Source: Rhizobiaceae bacterium
Lineage (GTDB): Bacteria > Pseudomonadota > Alphaproteobacteria > Rhizobiales > Rhizobiaceae
Length of the DNA: 64,000 bases
Reading direction: 5' to 3'
NCBI GenBank assembly: GCA_051009575.1
Contig: JBPCWL010000011.1
Span: forward strand, 3,792 to 67,791
Positions 63,473-64,000 of the stretch are shown here, in pieces. A model generated the notes under the pieces. The model saw only the letters and a list, made by a program, of their open reading frames with translations, was not told where the DNA came from and made no database searches. Within the stretch, counting starts at the first letter, position 1, and each line of letters begins with the position of its first letter. The position numbers and the translations under genes are program-made.

Positions 63473-63483
63473 GGATGAAGTGA

Positions 63484-63969
63484 ATGGACAAAATTAGTCG
63501 AAATATTTCCATCGCTCTGCGAGCAGAACGTTTGATCGCGCAACGACAAGTCGAAGTAATACGCACCAAAACGGTCCTAATAGCCGCTGCTGGTCTGGTC
63601 GCCGGAATTGGTCTGATCATGCTCAACGTTGCAGCTTACTACGCTCTAACAACTAATTTTTCGCCGCAGATAGCAGCGCTGATCGTTGCATTGGTAAACT
63701 TGGCGCTGGCGATTATTCTGGGGATTTATGCTGGCCGTATCAACGCTGATTCTGACGTGCAAGGGGCCACTGAAGTTCGGAACATGGCTATTGAAGATCT
63801 CAAGTCCGAGATAGGAGACGTCTCACGGGAAGTGAAAGAAATCGTTTCGGAAGTGCGCCAATTTGCAAAAAACCCGCTTGGTGGCTCCTTGTCTGGCATC
63901 GTCGGGCCGTTCGTCGTTGCTTTACTGAGGTCCAGTAAAAAAGGAAAAACGCCGGAAGAAAAATCGTAA
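63484..63969 (+). CDS. Holin-X / YqjE-like two-TM membrane protein
   Basis: The N-terminal amphipathic helix RAERLIAQRQVEVIRTK is followed by two TM segments (VLIAAAGLVAGIGLIMLNVAAYYAL, IAALIVALVNLALAIILGIYAG). It sits directly after the YqjD-like gene, as in the enterobacterial yqjD-yqjE pair (from memory). Confidence 0.5.
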   Translation: MDKISRNISIALRAERLIAQRQVEVIRTKTVLIAAAGLVAGIGLIMLNVAAYYALTTNFSPQIAALIVALVNLALAIILGIYAGRINADSDVQGATEVRNMAIEDLKSEIGDVSREVKEIVSEVRQFAKNPLGGSLSGIVGPFVVALLRSSKKGKTPEEKS

Positions 63970-64000
63970 TAGATATGTTGATACAACGCTGCATAATCCG

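Larger units (their letters stand above)
58177..64000. mobile_element. Integrase-associated genomic island inserted at the 3' side of tRNA-Leu (right end outside the window)
   Basis: A tRNA is immediately followed by a P4-type integrase, then an AT-rich non-coding stretch, AlpA, a second tyrosine recombinase, a decayed gene and cargo unrelated to the flanking core genes. I found no copy of the tRNA 3' end (attR) before 64000. Confidence 0.7.

Noticed and set aside
58177-64000. Search for attR (a direct repeat of the tRNA-Leu 3' end) inside the window
   Set aside because: By eye I found no copy of the GGCGGGGGGCACCA-type sequence or the T-arm in the non-coding stretches 59541-59970, 61707-62032 and 62723-63115. 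The island probably ends beyond 64000. A computational repeat search is needed.

Overview
This 64-kb chromosomal window looks alphaproteobacterial. That is an inference from three things: the gene order envC-ctpA-yibQ-rppH and rlmH-rsfS-nadD-proA-proB-obg-rpmA-rplU, a stand-alone F1 operon atpHAGDC, and a Lys/Ala-rich N-terminal tail on AtpD that I associate from memory with Hyphomicrobiales/Rhizobiales. Coding density is high. I can support about 62 protein genes, one tRNA-Leu(CAA), one pseudogene and several terminator, promoter or operator-like sites. Layout: 0-3.4 kb holds a methylated-amine module (DMGDH-like gene, LysR, MttB-family gene). 3.4-21.5 kb is housekeeping. 21.5-34.3 kb is a contiguous valine/propionate-to-succinyl-CoA supra-operon (mmsA, acyl-CoA dehydrogenase, HIB-CoA hydrolase, mmsB, crotonase, pccB, TPR protein, pccA, methylmalonyl-CoA mutase). 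34.3-45.3 kb looks accessory: a eukaryote-type phosphagen (arginine-kinase-like) kinase, a second MttB paralog, a LysE exporter, an alpha-methylacyl-CoA-racemase-like protein, a crotonase and an amidase, followed by glutathione-dependent formaldehyde detoxification (adhC, VOC, yaiI, fghA) and an MFS transporter. 45.4-58 kb holds fadD, atpHAGDC and repair/redox genes, including an Rrf2 (NsrR-like)/group-III truncated haemoglobin pair. From 58.09 kb a tRNA-Leu is followed by a P4-type integrase island that runs off the right edge. The best candidates for something new are: (i) the phosphagen kinase and the adjacent MttB/LysE/racemase/crotonase/amidase block with formaldehyde detoxification; (ii) the tRNA-Leu island, which carries a second tyrosine recombinase paired with an HTH/zinc-ribbon protein, an orphan antisense terminator and repeat clusters. 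I saw no CRISPR array, rRNA, transposase or recognisable known defence system. All calls rest on reading motifs in the translated ORFs and hand-checking coordinates; no database search was run.
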